NCBI GenBank assembly: GCA_902826065.1
Contig: CADEDM010000004.1
Span: 4,547-68,546, forward strand
Direction: 5' to 3'
Origin: an uncultured Acidobacteriota bacterium
Lineage (GTDB): Bacteria; Acidobacteriota; Vicinamibacteria; Vicinamibacterales; UBA2999
Length of the DNA: 64,000 bases
Shown here: piece by piece, positions 1 through 9,371 of the stretch
Layout of the letters: each line of letters opens with the position of its first letter
Position numbering within the stretch: the first letter of the stretch is position 1
Translations under genes and position numbers: made by a program
Notes under the pieces: generated by a model
Databases searched by the model: none
Told to the model about the DNA's origin: nothing
What the model saw: only the letters and a program-made list of their open reading frames with translations

Positions 1-88
1 GAGTGGATCGGGCATGATTGGACGATCGCGAATGAATCGTGGACTCTACGTAGTTGAGAGTCCGCGGATGCGGTTCTACGGTAGCACC

Positions 89-832
89 ATGCCTACCGTC
101 TTCATCACTGGTTGCTCCTCCGGCTACGGCCTCGAGACCGCGCGGCACTTCCTCGCGCGCGACTGGCAGGTCGTCGCCACCATGCGCACGCCGCGTCCCG
201 ACGTCCTGCCGGTCTCGAATCAGCTGCGCATCCTGCCCCTCGACGTCACCCGGCCGACCTCGATCGAGGCGGCCCTGGCCGCGGCGGGCCCGATCGACGT
301 GCTGGTCAACAACGCCGGCATCGGCGTCGTCGGCGCCTTCGAAGCCACGCCGATGGCCACGACGCGAGACGTGTTCGAGACCAACACGTTCGGCGTCATC
401 GCCATGACCCAGGCCGTCGTGCCGCAGTTCAGGAAGCGTGGCGCCGGTGTGATCGTGAACGTGACGTCGACCACCACCCTCGCCGCGATGCCGCTGGCCG
501 CGGTGTACACGGCCAGCAAGACCGCCATCAGCGGCTTCACGGGATCGTTGGCCCTCGAGCTCGCCTACTTCGGCGTGCGGGTGAAGCTCGTGGAGCCCGG
601 CTACGGTCCGTCCACGAGCTTCGGCAGCAACGGCGCGGCCCGCATGCAGGGCCTGATTCCCGCTGCCTATGCGCCCTACGCCGAGCCGATCTTCGCGGCG
701 TTCGCGCAGCCGTCAGCGATCACGACCGTCCAGGACGTGGCCGAAGCGGTCTGGGGCGCGGCGACCGACGGCTCTGACCGCCTGCACTACCCCGCCGGCG
801 CGGACGCGATTGCCTTGGCGGGGGGCGCCTGA
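89..832 (+). CDS. short-chain dehydrogenase/reductase (SDR family oxidoreductase)
   Basis: ORF 14..832. Dinucleotide-binding motif ITGCSSGYG and catalytic YTASK (YxxxK) of classical SDRs. Start trimmed to ATG 89 (MPTVFITG); upstream alternative starts are possible. Confidence 0.85.
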   Translation: MPTVFITGCSSGYGLETARHFLARDWQVVATMRTPRPDVLPVSNQLRILPLDVTRPTSIEAALAAAGPIDVLVNNAGIGVVGAFEATPMATTRDVFETNTFGVIAMTQAVVPQFRKRGAGVIVNVTSTTTLAAMPLAAVYTASKTAISGFTGSLALELAYFGVRVKLVEPGYGPSTSFGSNGAARMQGLIPAAYAPYAEPIFAAFAQPSAITTVQDVAEAVWGAATDGSDRLHYPAGADAIALAGGA

Positions 833-966
833 ATCAGCGCCCACGGCTGATCGACACATCCTTGACGCCCCGCGGTGGTGCGGCACAAACGACTAGGCTG
901 GAGGGGATGTCACATCGGGCCATCCTGTCTCGTCATCCAGGTGAACCCCGTCACACGGAGACACCG

Positions 967-1419
967 ATGACCCGACTCAACCCGTTCGCCCACCTCGCCC
1001 TGTTCTCGCCGCTCATCGCCTGCGGCAAGGCCGCCATCGCCGGGCTCGAGCCCACGCTGGCCAAGCTCATCGAGATCCGCGCCTCGCAGATCAACGGCTG
1101 CGCCGTCTGCCTGCACATGCACACGCGCGAGGCCCGCGCCCACGGCGAGACGGAGGAGCGGCTCTACCTGCTCGACGGCTGGCGTGAGTCCCCGCTCTAC
1201 ACCGAGCGTGAGCGCGCGGCGCTGGGGTGGACCGAGGCGCTCACCCGCATGGATCCAGGGGGCGTGTCCGACGCGATCTACGACGCGCTGCGGCAGCAGT
1301 TCACCGAGGAGGAGCAGATCCACATCACGCTGCTCGTCGGCGCCATCAACGCGTTCAACCGCATCAACGTCGGGTTCCAGGTGCAGCACGCGGCCACGAC
1401 GCCGGGCAAGGCCGCGTGA
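967..1419 (+). CDS. carboxymuconolactone decarboxylase family protein (AhpD-like, CxxC)
   Basis: ORF 862..1419. AhpD-like CxxC core INGCAVCLHMH. Start set at ATG 967, with GGAG 6 nt upstream. Confidence 0.8.
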   Translation: MTRLNPFAHLALFSPLIACGKAAIAGLEPTLAKLIEIRASQINGCAVCLHMHTREARAHGETEERLYLLDGWRESPLYTERERAALGWTEALTRMDPGGVSDAIYDALRQQFTEEEQIHITLLVGAINAFNRINVGFQVQHAATTPGKAA

Positions 1420-2294
1420 TGTCGATGAGTGACGGCCAGGACGCGGCGGAGGTCTTCGCTCCGCTGCGTCCGCGCCTGACCCGCATCGCCTACCGGATGC
1501 TCGGCTCCGTGGCCGAAGCCGAGGACGTCGTGCAGGACGCCTTCCTGCGCTGGGTGGACGTGGACCGCGCGACGATCCGCGAGCCCGAGGCGTTCCTGCG
1601 CCGCGTGGTCACTCGCCTGGCGCTCGACGTGCTGAAGTCGGCGCGACGCCAGCGCGAGACCTATCCGGGCGAATGGCTGCCCGAGCCGATGGTCGATGCC
1701 GCCCCCGACGACCTCGACGACGTGACGCTGCCGCTGATGCTGGCGCTCGAGCGTCTCTCGCCGCTCGAACGCGCCGCCTTCCTGCTGCACGACGTGTTCG
1801 GGGCCGGCTTCGACGAGGTCGCCGAGACCATTGGCCGCGACGCCGCGACCTGCCGGCAGCTCGCCAGCCGGGCGCGCACCCACGTACGGGCGGAACGGCC
1901 GCGGTTCCCGGTGGCCCGCGAACGTGGACTGGCGATCGCGGAGGCGTTCTTCACCGCCTCGCGCGGCGGCGACATGACGGCGCTGCGGGCGCTGCTCGCG
2001 GCCGATGTCACGATTCACGCCGACGGCGGCGGCAAGCGCCCGGCATCCCTGGCGCCGATCGTGGGCATCGAGGACGTGGTGCGCGTGCACGCGCAGCTCG
2101 CGCCGCTCTTCGCGAAGGGCGGCTGGCGGGTGATGCGCTACGGCCTCATCGACGGCCTGCCCGGGTTCGTGACGCTCGAGGCTGACGGCGTGCTGCAGAC
2201 GACGGCGCTCGAGATCGTCGACGGCCGCGTCGTCAACATCTACGTCGTGCGCAATCCCGACAAGCTGCGCCACCTCGACGACGCGGTGCACTGA
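1419..2294 (+). CDS. ECF-type RNA polymerase sigma factor with NTF2/SnoaL-like C-terminal extension (SigJ-like)
   Basis: Inside ORF 1227..2294. Sigma-70 region 2 (DVVQDAFLRW) and region 4 are followed by a ~120 aa extension. ATG 1419 overlaps the upstream stop (TGATG), which suggests an operon with the AhpD-like gene. Confidence 0.85.
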   Translation: MSMSDGQDAAEVFAPLRPRLTRIAYRMLGSVAEAEDVVQDAFLRWVDVDRATIREPEAFLRRVVTRLALDVLKSARRQRETYPGEWLPEPMVDAAPDDLDDVTLPLMLALERLSPLERAAFLLHDVFGAGFDEVAETIGRDAATCRQLASRARTHVRAERPRFPVARERGLAIAEAFFTASRGGDMTALRALLAADVTIHADGGGKRPASLAPIVGIEDVVRVHAQLAPLFAKGGWRVMRYGLIDGLPGFVTLEADGVLQTTALEIVDGRVVNIYVVRNPDKLRHLDDAVH

Positions 2295-2378
2295 GGGGCG
2301 GCCCGCCTCGGCGTTGGCAGGGGCGGGAAGGACGGGCTATACGTAGCACTGCGCCGGGCTCAGCGCCGGTGCGCTCCC

Positions 2379-2884
2379 ATGGATCCCGTCTTCCGATTCG
2401 CGCTGCGCGACGCCTCGCCCGACGACCTCGACGCGCTCGCCACGTTGTGGCTCGACGGCTGGCGCGATGGGCATGACGGCCTGTTGCCGCCGGCCCTCGC
2501 GAGATTCCGGACCTACGAGAGCTTTCGAGCACGGCTCGCCGAGGGGCTGTCCGCGGTGCGGTCGCCGACGGACCGCTCGCGCCGGCGGGCTTCTGCATGA
2601 TCAAGGGCGACGAGCTCTACCAGCTCTACGTCTCGCGCGAGGCGCGCGGCACGGGCGTGGCGGCCGCGCTGCTGGACGACGGCGAGGCGCGGATCGCTGC
2701 CAGCGGCGTGTCCTGCGCGTGGCTGGCGTGCGCGATCGGCAACGACCGGGCCGCGCGCTTCTACGAGAAGCGCGGCTGGCGCCGGGCCGGCATCGTGACC
2801 AACGAGCTCGAGACGCCGGACGGGCCGTTCCACCTGGACATCTGGCGCTACGAGAAGCCGCTGCGGGCCGCGGCGATCCGCTGA
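2379..2884 (+). pseudogene. GNAT family N-acetyltransferase interrupted by a 1-nt frameshift (or assembly error)
   Basis: ORFs 2379..2600 and 2597..2884 lie in different frames but together read as one ~168 aa GNAT. The C-half carries the acetyl-CoA motif ARGTGVAAALL and FYEKRGW. Reading frame B upstream of its ATG gives ...VAVADGPLAPAGFCMIKGDELYQLYV, which places the frame change near 2556-2562. Confidence 0.6.
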
Positions 2885-2937
2885 TCCCTCAACTTTCCTC
2901 CATGAGTTCTCGTCGAACGGTCGAGGAGCGCGTGCCG

Positions 2938-4884
2938 ATGACCCGACCGATGTCTCGAATGGCGGCCGTTGCCGTCACGCTGGTGCTGGCCGGCGCCGCC
3001 GTTGCCGCTCAGCAGGCCGACTGGCGGGCATACGGCGGCGACCCCGGCGGCGAACGCTATTCGCCGCTCACCGGCATCCGCCGCGAGAACGTCGCCAGAC
3101 TCGAGGTGGCGTGGACCTATCGCACCGGCGACGCCTACACCCCGACGGTCGGCCGGCCCACGGCGCACGAAGCCACGCCGATTCTCGTCGGCGACCAGTT
3201 GGTGCTGAACACGCCGCTCGGCCGCGTGATCGCGCTCGATCCCACCACCGGGCGGGAACGCTGGCGGTTCGACGTCGAGGTCCCGCGCGACAAGGGCTGG
3301 GGCGACTACGGCAGCCGCGGCGTCGCGCTGTGGGAACGCGGCGCCCAGCGGCGCCTGTTCGTGGCGACGATCGACGCACGTCTCGTCGCCATCGACGCCG
3401 CCACGGGCACGAGGGTCACGACCTTCGGCGAGCGCGGCGAAGTCGACCTGCGCAAGGGCCTGCGGGTCCCGCCGACCGGCTTCGCCGACTACGCCATGAC
3501 CTCGCCGCCGGCGGTGGTGCGCGACGTGGTGGTGGTGGGCTCCGCCGTCGCCGACGGCACCGACAAGCCGCATCCCAGCGGCGAGGTCCGCGGCTTCGAC
3601 GCCGTGAGCGGGAAGTTGCTGTGGAGCTGGGACCCGGTGCCACAGACGCCAGGCACGCCGGGCGCCGACACATGGAAGGGGCGCAATGTCGCGCGCACGG
3701 GCGGCGCGAATGCGTGGTCGGTGATGGTGACCGACGCCGCGCTCGGGCTCGTGTTCGTGCCCACGAGCAGCCCCAGCCACGACTATTTCGGCGGCGAGCG
3801 CCTGGGCGACAACCTGTTCGCCAACTCGGTCGTCGCGCTGCACGCCGCAACCGGCCAGCGGGCGTGGCACTTCCAGACCGTGCACCACGACCTGTGGGAC
3901 TACGACGTGGCCGCACCGCCGATCCTCTTCGACTGGCGCCGCGACGGCCGCACGGTGCCAGCCGTGGCGCTGGCGTCGAAGAACGGTCACGTGTTCGTGC
4001 TCGACCGGCGCGACGGCCGGCCGCTGCTCCCGGTCACCGAGCGGCCGGTGCCGCAGACAGACGTCGCGGGCGAGGTCACGGCGCCGACGCAGCCGTTCCC
4101 GTCGGCACCGGCGTCACTCGCGCGTACACGGCTCACCGCGGCCGACGTGTGGGGCGCCACCGACGCGGATCGCGACTGGTGCCGGCAGGCCATCGCCGGC
4201 CTGCGTAACGACGGGCTGTTCACGCCGCCGTCCCTGCAGGGCTCGCTCGTCGTGCCTGGCAACATCGGCGGCGTGGCGTGGGGCGGCATGGCGCACGACC
4301 GGGCCAACGACCTGCTGGTGATGGCGGTCAACGACCTGGCCGCGGAGGTGCGGCTGGTGAAGCGCGAGGCCGTGGCCGCCGAACGATCGGCCGGACGCCT
4401 GAGCGGCGAATTCGAGTTCCACCCACAGCTGGGGACCGACTACGGCGTCGTGCGACGGTTCCTGCTCGCCCCCGGGTCGCGGCTGCCGTGCACGCCGCCC
4501 CCCTGGGGCTCGCTCGTGGCGGTCAAGGCCTCGACCGGTGAGATCGCGTGGCGCACGCCGTTCGGCCGCATCCCGTGGGCGGAGGCGTTCCCGGAAGCGC
4601 CGACGTGGGGCTCGTTCGCGCTCGGCGGCCCCATTGCCACGGCCGGCGGCCTGGTCTTCTCGGCGGGCACGCTCGACGCCGCGATCTACGCGTTCGACGC
4701 CGCCACGGGCACTCAGCTGTGGCGCGGCGCGCTGCCGACGAGCGCGCGCGCCACGCCCATGACCTATCGCGGCCGCGACGGACGTCAGTACTTGGTGATC
4801 TCGGCCGGCGGTCACGCCGTCGACGGCGGCATGCCGATCGGCGACCACGTCGTGGCGTTCGCGTTGCCGGCCGGCACGAAGTAG
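2938..4884 (+). CDS. PQQ-dependent (quinoprotein) dehydrogenase, beta-propeller, secreted
   Basis: Within ORF 2467..4884. Signal peptide MSRMAAVAVTLVLAGAAVAAQQ, then WRAYGGDPGGERYSPL and repeated propeller blades typical of PQQ glucose/sorbosone-type dehydrogenases. ATG 2938 has GAGGAG 9 nt upstream; alternative starts at 2902, 2950 and 2959. Confidence 0.85.
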   Translation: MTRPMSRMAAVAVTLVLAGAAVAAQQADWRAYGGDPGGERYSPLTGIRRENVARLEVAWTYRTGDAYTPTVGRPTAHEATPILVGDQLVLNTPLGRVIALDPTTGRERWRFDVEVPRDKGWGDYGSRGVALWERGAQRRLFVATIDARLVAIDAATGTRVTTFGERGEVDLRKGLRVPPTGFADYAMTSPPAVVRDVVVVGSAVADGTDKPHPSGEVRGFDAVSGKLLWSWDPVPQTPGTPGADTWKGRNVARTGGANAWSVMVTDAALGLVFVPTSSPSHDYFGGERLGDNLFANSVVALHAATGQRAWHFQTVHHDLWDYDVAAPPILFDWRRDGRTVPAVALASKNGHVFVLDRRDGRPLLPVTERPVPQTDVAGEVTAPTQPFPSAPASLARTRLTAADVWGATDADRDWCRQAIAGLRNDGLFTPPSLQGSLVVPGNIGGVAWGGMAHDRANDLLVMAVNDLAAEVRLVKREAVAAERSAGRLSGEFEFHPQLGTDYGVVRRFLLAPGSRLPCTPPPWGSLVAVKASTGEIAWRTPFGRIPWAEAFPEAPTWGSFALGGPIATAGGLVFSAGTLDAAIYAFDAATGTQLWRGALPTSARATPMTYRGRDGRQYLVISAGGHAVDGGMPIGDHVVAFALPAGTK

Positions 4885-4916
4885 TCCGCGCCCCGTTGCG
4901 GCATGATCGGAACCGT

Positions 4917-5423
4917 ATGCCGGCACCCGACGGCGCCCTGCTGCTCGAGGCCCTGCTCGAGTCGTGGACGCGCAATCACACGATCACGCTGAACCTGCTA
5001 CGCACGCTGCCCGAGGGCGGCCTCGACGCGCGCGCCACGCCCGACGGCCCGACGGTCGCACAGCAGTTCATGCACCTCCATCACGAGCGGCTGATCTCCG
5101 TGTCAGAGGAAGCGCCGGAGTTCGCGCGTCCACTGCCCGACGAGGAATGGGCGGTCGAACCCGATCGGCTGCGCATCGCCGCCCGGCTCGAGGAGAGCGC
5201 TGCGGCCGTGCGCGACGCCGTACGCGGCCGCATCGCGGCGGGACGCACGCTCGACCTCAACTACGGCCATCCGCTGCTCATGCTGCAGCTGCTGCTGTGG
5301 CACGACGGCTACCACCATGGGCAGATCAAGCTGGCGTTGAAGGCGTCGGGGCTGGCCATCCACAACGACGTCGCCGGGCCGCTCACCTGGGACGTCTGGC
5401 GCCGCCGGATGGAGTCCGCGTAA
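4917..5423 (+). CDS. DinB family protein
   Basis: Within ORF 4548..5423. DinB-like helical bundle with His-rich motifs QFMHLHHERL and WHDGYHHGQI. Start at ATG 4917. Confidence 0.75.
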   Translation: MPAPDGALLLEALLESWTRNHTITLNLLRTLPEGGLDARATPDGPTVAQQFMHLHHERLISVSEEAPEFARPLPDEEWAVEPDRLRIAARLEESAAAVRDAVRGRIAAGRTLDLNYGHPLLMLQLLLWHDGYHHGQIKLALKASGLAIHNDVAGPLTWDVWRRRMESA

Positions 5424-5448
5424 CCAGGCGCGCCACAGGGTCAACCAA

Positions 5449-6318
5449 ATGGACATGACGCCGAACGCGATACCAGGCCGTGATGCAGGACAGTCCGCGC
5501 ATTGGAACGGCGCGGCCGGGCGCGCCTGGGTCGACGGACAGACGTTGATGGACCGTGTGCTGCAGCCGTACGAAGATCGGCTCGTCGAGGCCGTGCCACC
5601 AGGCTTCGAGGGATCGGTGCTCGACGTCGGGTGCGGCACCGGCAGCACCACGCTGGCGTGCGCCCGCCGCGTCGGCCGCGAGGGACGGGTCGCCGGCGTC
5701 GACATCTCCGAGCCCATGCTGGCGCTGGCCCGCGAGCGGGCCGCGCGCGAGGGGTCGCGGGCCGCGTTCATCGCCGCCGACGCCGAGACCTACGGCTTCG
5801 AGCCGGCCAGCGTCGATCTGGTCCTGTCGCGCTTCGGCGTGATGTTCTTCGCCGATCCGGTGGCGGCCTTTACCAATCTGCGACGTGCCGCTCGCGCCGG
5901 CGGGGCGCTCCGGTTCATCGCCTGGCGCAGCGCCGCCGAGAACCCGTTCATGACCACGGCGGAGCGCGCCGCCGCGCCGCTGCTGCCGGCGCTGCCGCCG
6001 CGGCCAGCCGGCGGGCCCGGACAGTTCGCCCTGGCGGATGGCGCGCGGCTCCGCGCGATCCTCGCCGACAGCGGCTGGACCGGCGTCGACGTGCGCGCCC
6101 TTGACGTCCCGTGCGTGATGCCGGAAGCGCAGCTCGTGCCCTACCTCTCGCGCCTCGGGCCGGTCGGCATGGCGCTGCAGGGCGCGGACGACGCCACCCG
6201 CGAGCGCGTCCTCGCGGCCGTGCGCCCGGCGTTCGACTCGTTCGTTCACGGCGACGAGGTCCGGTTCACCGGCGCCTGCTGGCTGGCGACGGCGAGCGTG
6301 ACGTCGCCCACGCCCTGA
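5449..6318 (+). CDS. class I SAM-dependent methyltransferase
   Basis: ORF 5449..6318. SAM-binding motif I VLDVGCGTGS and post-I acidic loop GVDISEPM. Confidence 0.85.
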   Translation: MDMTPNAIPGRDAGQSAHWNGAAGRAWVDGQTLMDRVLQPYEDRLVEAVPPGFEGSVLDVGCGTGSTTLACARRVGREGRVAGVDISEPMLALARERAAREGSRAAFIAADAETYGFEPASVDLVLSRFGVMFFADPVAAFTNLRRAARAGGALRFIAWRSAAENPFMTTAERAAAPLLPALPPRPAGGPGQFALADGARLRAILADSGWTGVDVRALDVPCVMPEAQLVPYLSRLGPVGMALQGADDATRERVLAAVRPAFDSFVHGDEVRFTGACWLATASVTSPTP

Positions 6319-6348
6319 TATTGCATTCCAATATCGAGATCGGATATC
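6317..6348. promoter_or_regulatory. candidate PadR operator (three 6-bp half-sites, two overlapping inverted repeats)
   Basis: AT-rich island 23 nt upstream of padR: GATATTgcattccAATATCgagatcgGATATC, with half-sites at 6317-6322, 6330-6335 and 6343-6348 and 7-nt spacers. Confidence 0.35.
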
Positions 6349-6370
6349 GTCGCCGCCGTCGAACCAGACG

Positions 6371-6694
6371 ATGGCACGCCTCGACCTGATGAAGGGCACG
6401 CTCGCGTTGCTGATCCTGCGCACGCTGGAGCTCGAGCCGCGTCACGGCGTGGCCATCGCCGATCGTATCCAGCAGACGACGCGCGGCACGTTCCACGTCC
6501 GGCCGGGCTCGCTGTTCCCCGCCCTGCACCGGCTCGAACAGGAGGGCGCCATCGCCGGCGACTGGTCGATCGTCGACGGCCGACGCATCAAGACCTACCG
6601 GCTGACGTCCGCGGGGCGCCGGCAACTGGCGGCCGGCGCCCGCGATTGGGCGCGCGTGGTCGAGGCGATGCGGCTGGTGCTCGAGACGGAGTAG
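6371..6694 (+). CDS. PadR family transcriptional regulator
   Basis: ORF 6371..6694. Winged-helix PadR pattern LLILRTLELEPRHGVAIADRI...GSLFPALHRLEQEGAI...IKTYRLT. Confidence 0.9.
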   Translation: MARLDLMKGTLALLILRTLELEPRHGVAIADRIQQTTRGTFHVRPGSLFPALHRLEQEGAIAGDWSIVDGRRIKTYRLTSAGRRQLAAGARDWARVVEAMRLVLETE

Positions 6695-6697
6695 ACG

Positions 6698-9364
6698 GTG
6701 GGGCTCATCGCGCGCGCAGCCAGCGTGTGGCGGACGATCGCGCGAGGCCGGCGTCTCGCTGCCGACCTCGACGCCGAGCTGGGCGCGTGGGTCGACGAGC
6801 ACGTCGAGCGCCGCGTGCGCCGCGGTGAGGCGCCCGAGGCGGCGCGGCGGGCAGTGCTCGCCGAAATGGGCGGCGTCGAGCCGGTCAAGGAACAGGTGCG
6901 GGACGTGCGCATGGGCCGGCTGCTCGACGAGACGCTGCGCGACGTCGCGCACGCGTGGCGGGGCTTCCGGCGCACGCCGGCATTCACGCTCGCCGCGCTG
7001 GCCACGCTGGCCCTGGGCGTCGCCGCCGTGACCACCATCTTCAGCGTGGCGCATGCGCTGCTGCTGCAGCCGTTGCCGTTCCGCGATCCGGATCGCCTGG
7101 TGTTCGTGTGGGCCGATCAGACGGCAGAAGGCTATCCGCGCGCGCCGCTCTCCGGCCCCGAGCTGCGTGATCTCGACGAACGCAGCACGCGGTTCGAGGG
7201 CTTCGGCGCGATCTGGGCGACCACCGCGGCGCTCACCGGCGACGATCTGCCCGAGCAGCTTCGCATCGGCCTCGTGACGAGCGACTTCTTCTCGCTGCTG
7301 GGGGCCGAGGCGGCGCTCGGCCGCACGTTCACCATCGACGACGAGTCGGTGGAGGGCGCCACGTCGATCCTGCTCAGCGATGCCGTCTGGCGCCGGCGCT
7401 ACGGCGGCGATGCCGGCATCGTCGGCCGGCGGGTGGACGTGAACGGACGCCCCGCCATCGTCGTCGGCGTCATGCCAGCGGGCTTCCGGCTGATGATGCC
7501 GCCCGATTCCGCCGTGCCCGATGACCTCGAGGCGTTCCAGCTCTTCAACCGGCGCTTCACCGAAGGACCGCGCGGGCAGCGGTACCTGCGGGTCATCGGC
7601 CGCATGCGAGCGGAGGTCGGCGACCTCGACGCCATCGCCGACGTCGCCCGCGTGGGCCGCGAGATCTCTGCCGCGCACGCGTTCTACGGCGCGTCGGGGC
7701 GCCAGTTCGAGACCGTGCCGCTGCACGTCGACGCGATGAACGACGTGCGCCGCCCGCTGCAGGTGCTGAGCGCCGGCGTCGGACTGCTGCTGCTCATCGC
7801 CTGCATCAACGTGGGCAGCCTGCTGGTCGCGCGGGCGGCGGCGCGGGCGCGCGAGGCGGCGTTGCGCACCGCGCTCGGGGCCGGCCGCGCACGCCTGTTC
7901 CGGCAGCATCTCGTCGAGACGCTCGTGCTCGGGGCGATGGGTGGGGCTCTCGGCGTCGGCCTCGGCTACTGGGGCCTGCGACTGCTGTTGCGCTTCACTC
8001 CCGAGGCGTTGGGCCGGCTGCACCTGGCGACGATGAATCTCCCGGTCGTGGCGGTGTCGCTGGGCACGGTGCTGTCGTGGATGGCGGTGCTGGCCCTGGC
8101 GCCGGCGAGTCAGGCGCCGTCGGCGTCGATGCTCGAAGCGGTGCTCGACGATCGCGGACACACGGCCGGGCGCGGCCGCGGACGCCTCCGCCGGGCGCTG
8201 ACCGTCGCGCAGCTCGCGCTGAGTGTCGTGCTGGTGCTGATGGCGTTGCTGCTCACACGCACGGTGCAGCGGGTGCAGCAGTCCGATCCCGGGTTCGAGG
8301 CCGGCGGCGTGGTCTCGTTCCGCGTCGCGCTTCCCGGCACACGCTACCCGACGCAGGAGGCCTTCAACGCCTTCTCGCGCCGCATGCAGGAGTCGCTGGC
8401 GGCGCTGCCGGGCGCCACGGCCGCGGCCTCGTGGAGTCACGCGCCGTACGACCACGTCCCGAACTGGGGCGGACCCTACATCGCCGTCGAAGGGGCGGAC
8501 GCGTCCACCGCGCCGCAGGCCGACTATCGCGCCGTGTCGCCGGGCGGCATGGAGCTCCTGCAGGTCCGTCTGCTGGAAGGCCGATGGTTCAGCGAGACCG
8601 ACGACCTCTCGACGGCGCCGGTCGTGATCGTCGACCAACGGCTGGCGCAGCGCACCTGGCCGGGAGCGTCGGCGGTGGGCCGGCGCCTGGCCGTGGACCC
8701 GTTCGTCACCGGCACGCCGGCCACCTGGGCCACGGTCGTCGGCGTGGTGACGCACGTGCGACACCGCTCGCCCAGCGACGAGGTGCGCGATCAGGTCTAC
8801 TTCACCGCCAGGCAGGCGACGCGCAACCCGTCCGTGTATCTCGTGAAGGCCGGCGCCGACGCCGCGGGACTCGTGCCGGCGATTCGCGACACGCTGCGGA
8901 CGCTCGACCCGGCCCTGCCGATCTACGACGTGCAGCCACTGACGGCCTACGTCGATCGGGCCCGGGCGCTGCGGTCCTTCACCGCGGTGCTGGCGGCGTT
9001 GTTCGCCGCGGCGGCCCTGCTGCTCGCGGCGGTGGGCATCCACGGCGTGGTGGCGTACGCCGTGACCGAGCGGCAACGCGAGTTCGGTGTCCGCCGTGCC
9101 CTGGGCGCGGGATCACGCGAACTGGCCGGCCTGGTCGTGGGCGAGTGCGCGGTGATGACGGCCGCCGGCCTGACCCTGGGCCTGCTGGGCGCCGCCGCCG
9201 GCGGGTCGTGGCTGCAGACGCAACTCGTGGGCATCGTGCCCTGGGACCCGCCATCGGTCGCCGGCACGGTGGTGGTGCTGGTGGTCGCCGCGCTGCTCGC
9301 CTGTGCGGCACCGGTGCGACGTGCGCTCCGCGCCGACCCGGCCGTGGTGCTGCGTCAGGCGTGA
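6698..9364 (+). CDS. ADOP-type duplicated orphan permease (two MacB-like periplasmic + FtsX permease modules)
   Basis: ORF 6698..9364, with a GTG start 4 nt after the padR stop. N-terminal helical prefix, then two repeats of TM + large periplasmic domain + 3 TM. The PadR-permease pairing is the Acidobacterial ADOP arrangement. Confidence 0.85.
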   Translation: MGLIARAASVWRTIARGRRLAADLDAELGAWVDEHVERRVRRGEAPEAARRAVLAEMGGVEPVKEQVRDVRMGRLLDETLRDVAHAWRGFRRTPAFTLAALATLALGVAAVTTIFSVAHALLLQPLPFRDPDRLVFVWADQTAEGYPRAPLSGPELRDLDERSTRFEGFGAIWATTAALTGDDLPEQLRIGLVTSDFFSLLGAEAALGRTFTIDDESVEGATSILLSDAVWRRRYGGDAGIVGRRVDVNGRPAIVVGVMPAGFRLMMPPDSAVPDDLEAFQLFNRRFTEGPRGQRYLRVIGRMRAEVGDLDAIADVARVGREISAAHAFYGASGRQFETVPLHVDAMNDVRRPLQVLSAGVGLLLLIACINVGSLLVARAAARAREAALRTALGAGRARLFRQHLVETLVLGAMGGALGVGLGYWGLRLLLRFTPEALGRLHLATMNLPVVAVSLGTVLSWMAVLALAPASQAPSASMLEAVLDDRGHTAGRGRGRLRRALTVAQLALSVVLVLMALLLTRTVQRVQQSDPGFEAGGVVSFRVALPGTRYPTQEAFNAFSRRMQESLAALPGATAAASWSHAPYDHVPNWGGPYIAVEGADASTAPQADYRAVSPGGMELLQVRLLEGRWFSETDDLSTAPVVIVDQRLAQRTWPGASAVGRRLAVDPFVTGTPATWATVVGVVTHVRHRSPSDEVRDQVYFTARQATRNPSVYLVKAGADAAGLVPAIRDTLRTLDPALPIYDVQPLTAYVDRARALRSFTAVLAALFAAAALLLAAVGIHGVVAYAVTERQREFGVRRALGAGSRELAGLVVGECAVMTAAGLTLGLLGAAAGGSWLQTQLVGIVPWDPPSVAGTVVVLVVAALLACAAPVRRALRADPAVVLRQA

Positions 9365-9371
9365 GGTGACG

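Noticed and set aside
2467-2937. N-terminal 157 codons of the 805-aa ORF 2467..4884
   Set aside because: The upstream extension overlaps the GNAT gene in a third frame and has no signal peptide. The PQQ dehydrogenase homology and signal peptide begin after ATG 2938, which has a GAGGAG RBS.
2991-3006. cGGCGCcgccgTTGCc, with sigma54-like spacing
   Set aside because: It lies inside the signal-peptide coding region of the PQQ dehydrogenase. GGCGC is a high-probability pentamer in this composition. I kept it as an example of the background false-positive class.
6266-9076. 936-aa ORF on the minus strand covering the PadR/ADOP region
   Set aside because: It is antisense to a well-supported permease gene. 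The translation is Arg/Ala/Gly/Pro-rich low complexity with no motifs. This is a typical stop-codon-poor shadow ORF in ~70% GC DNA.
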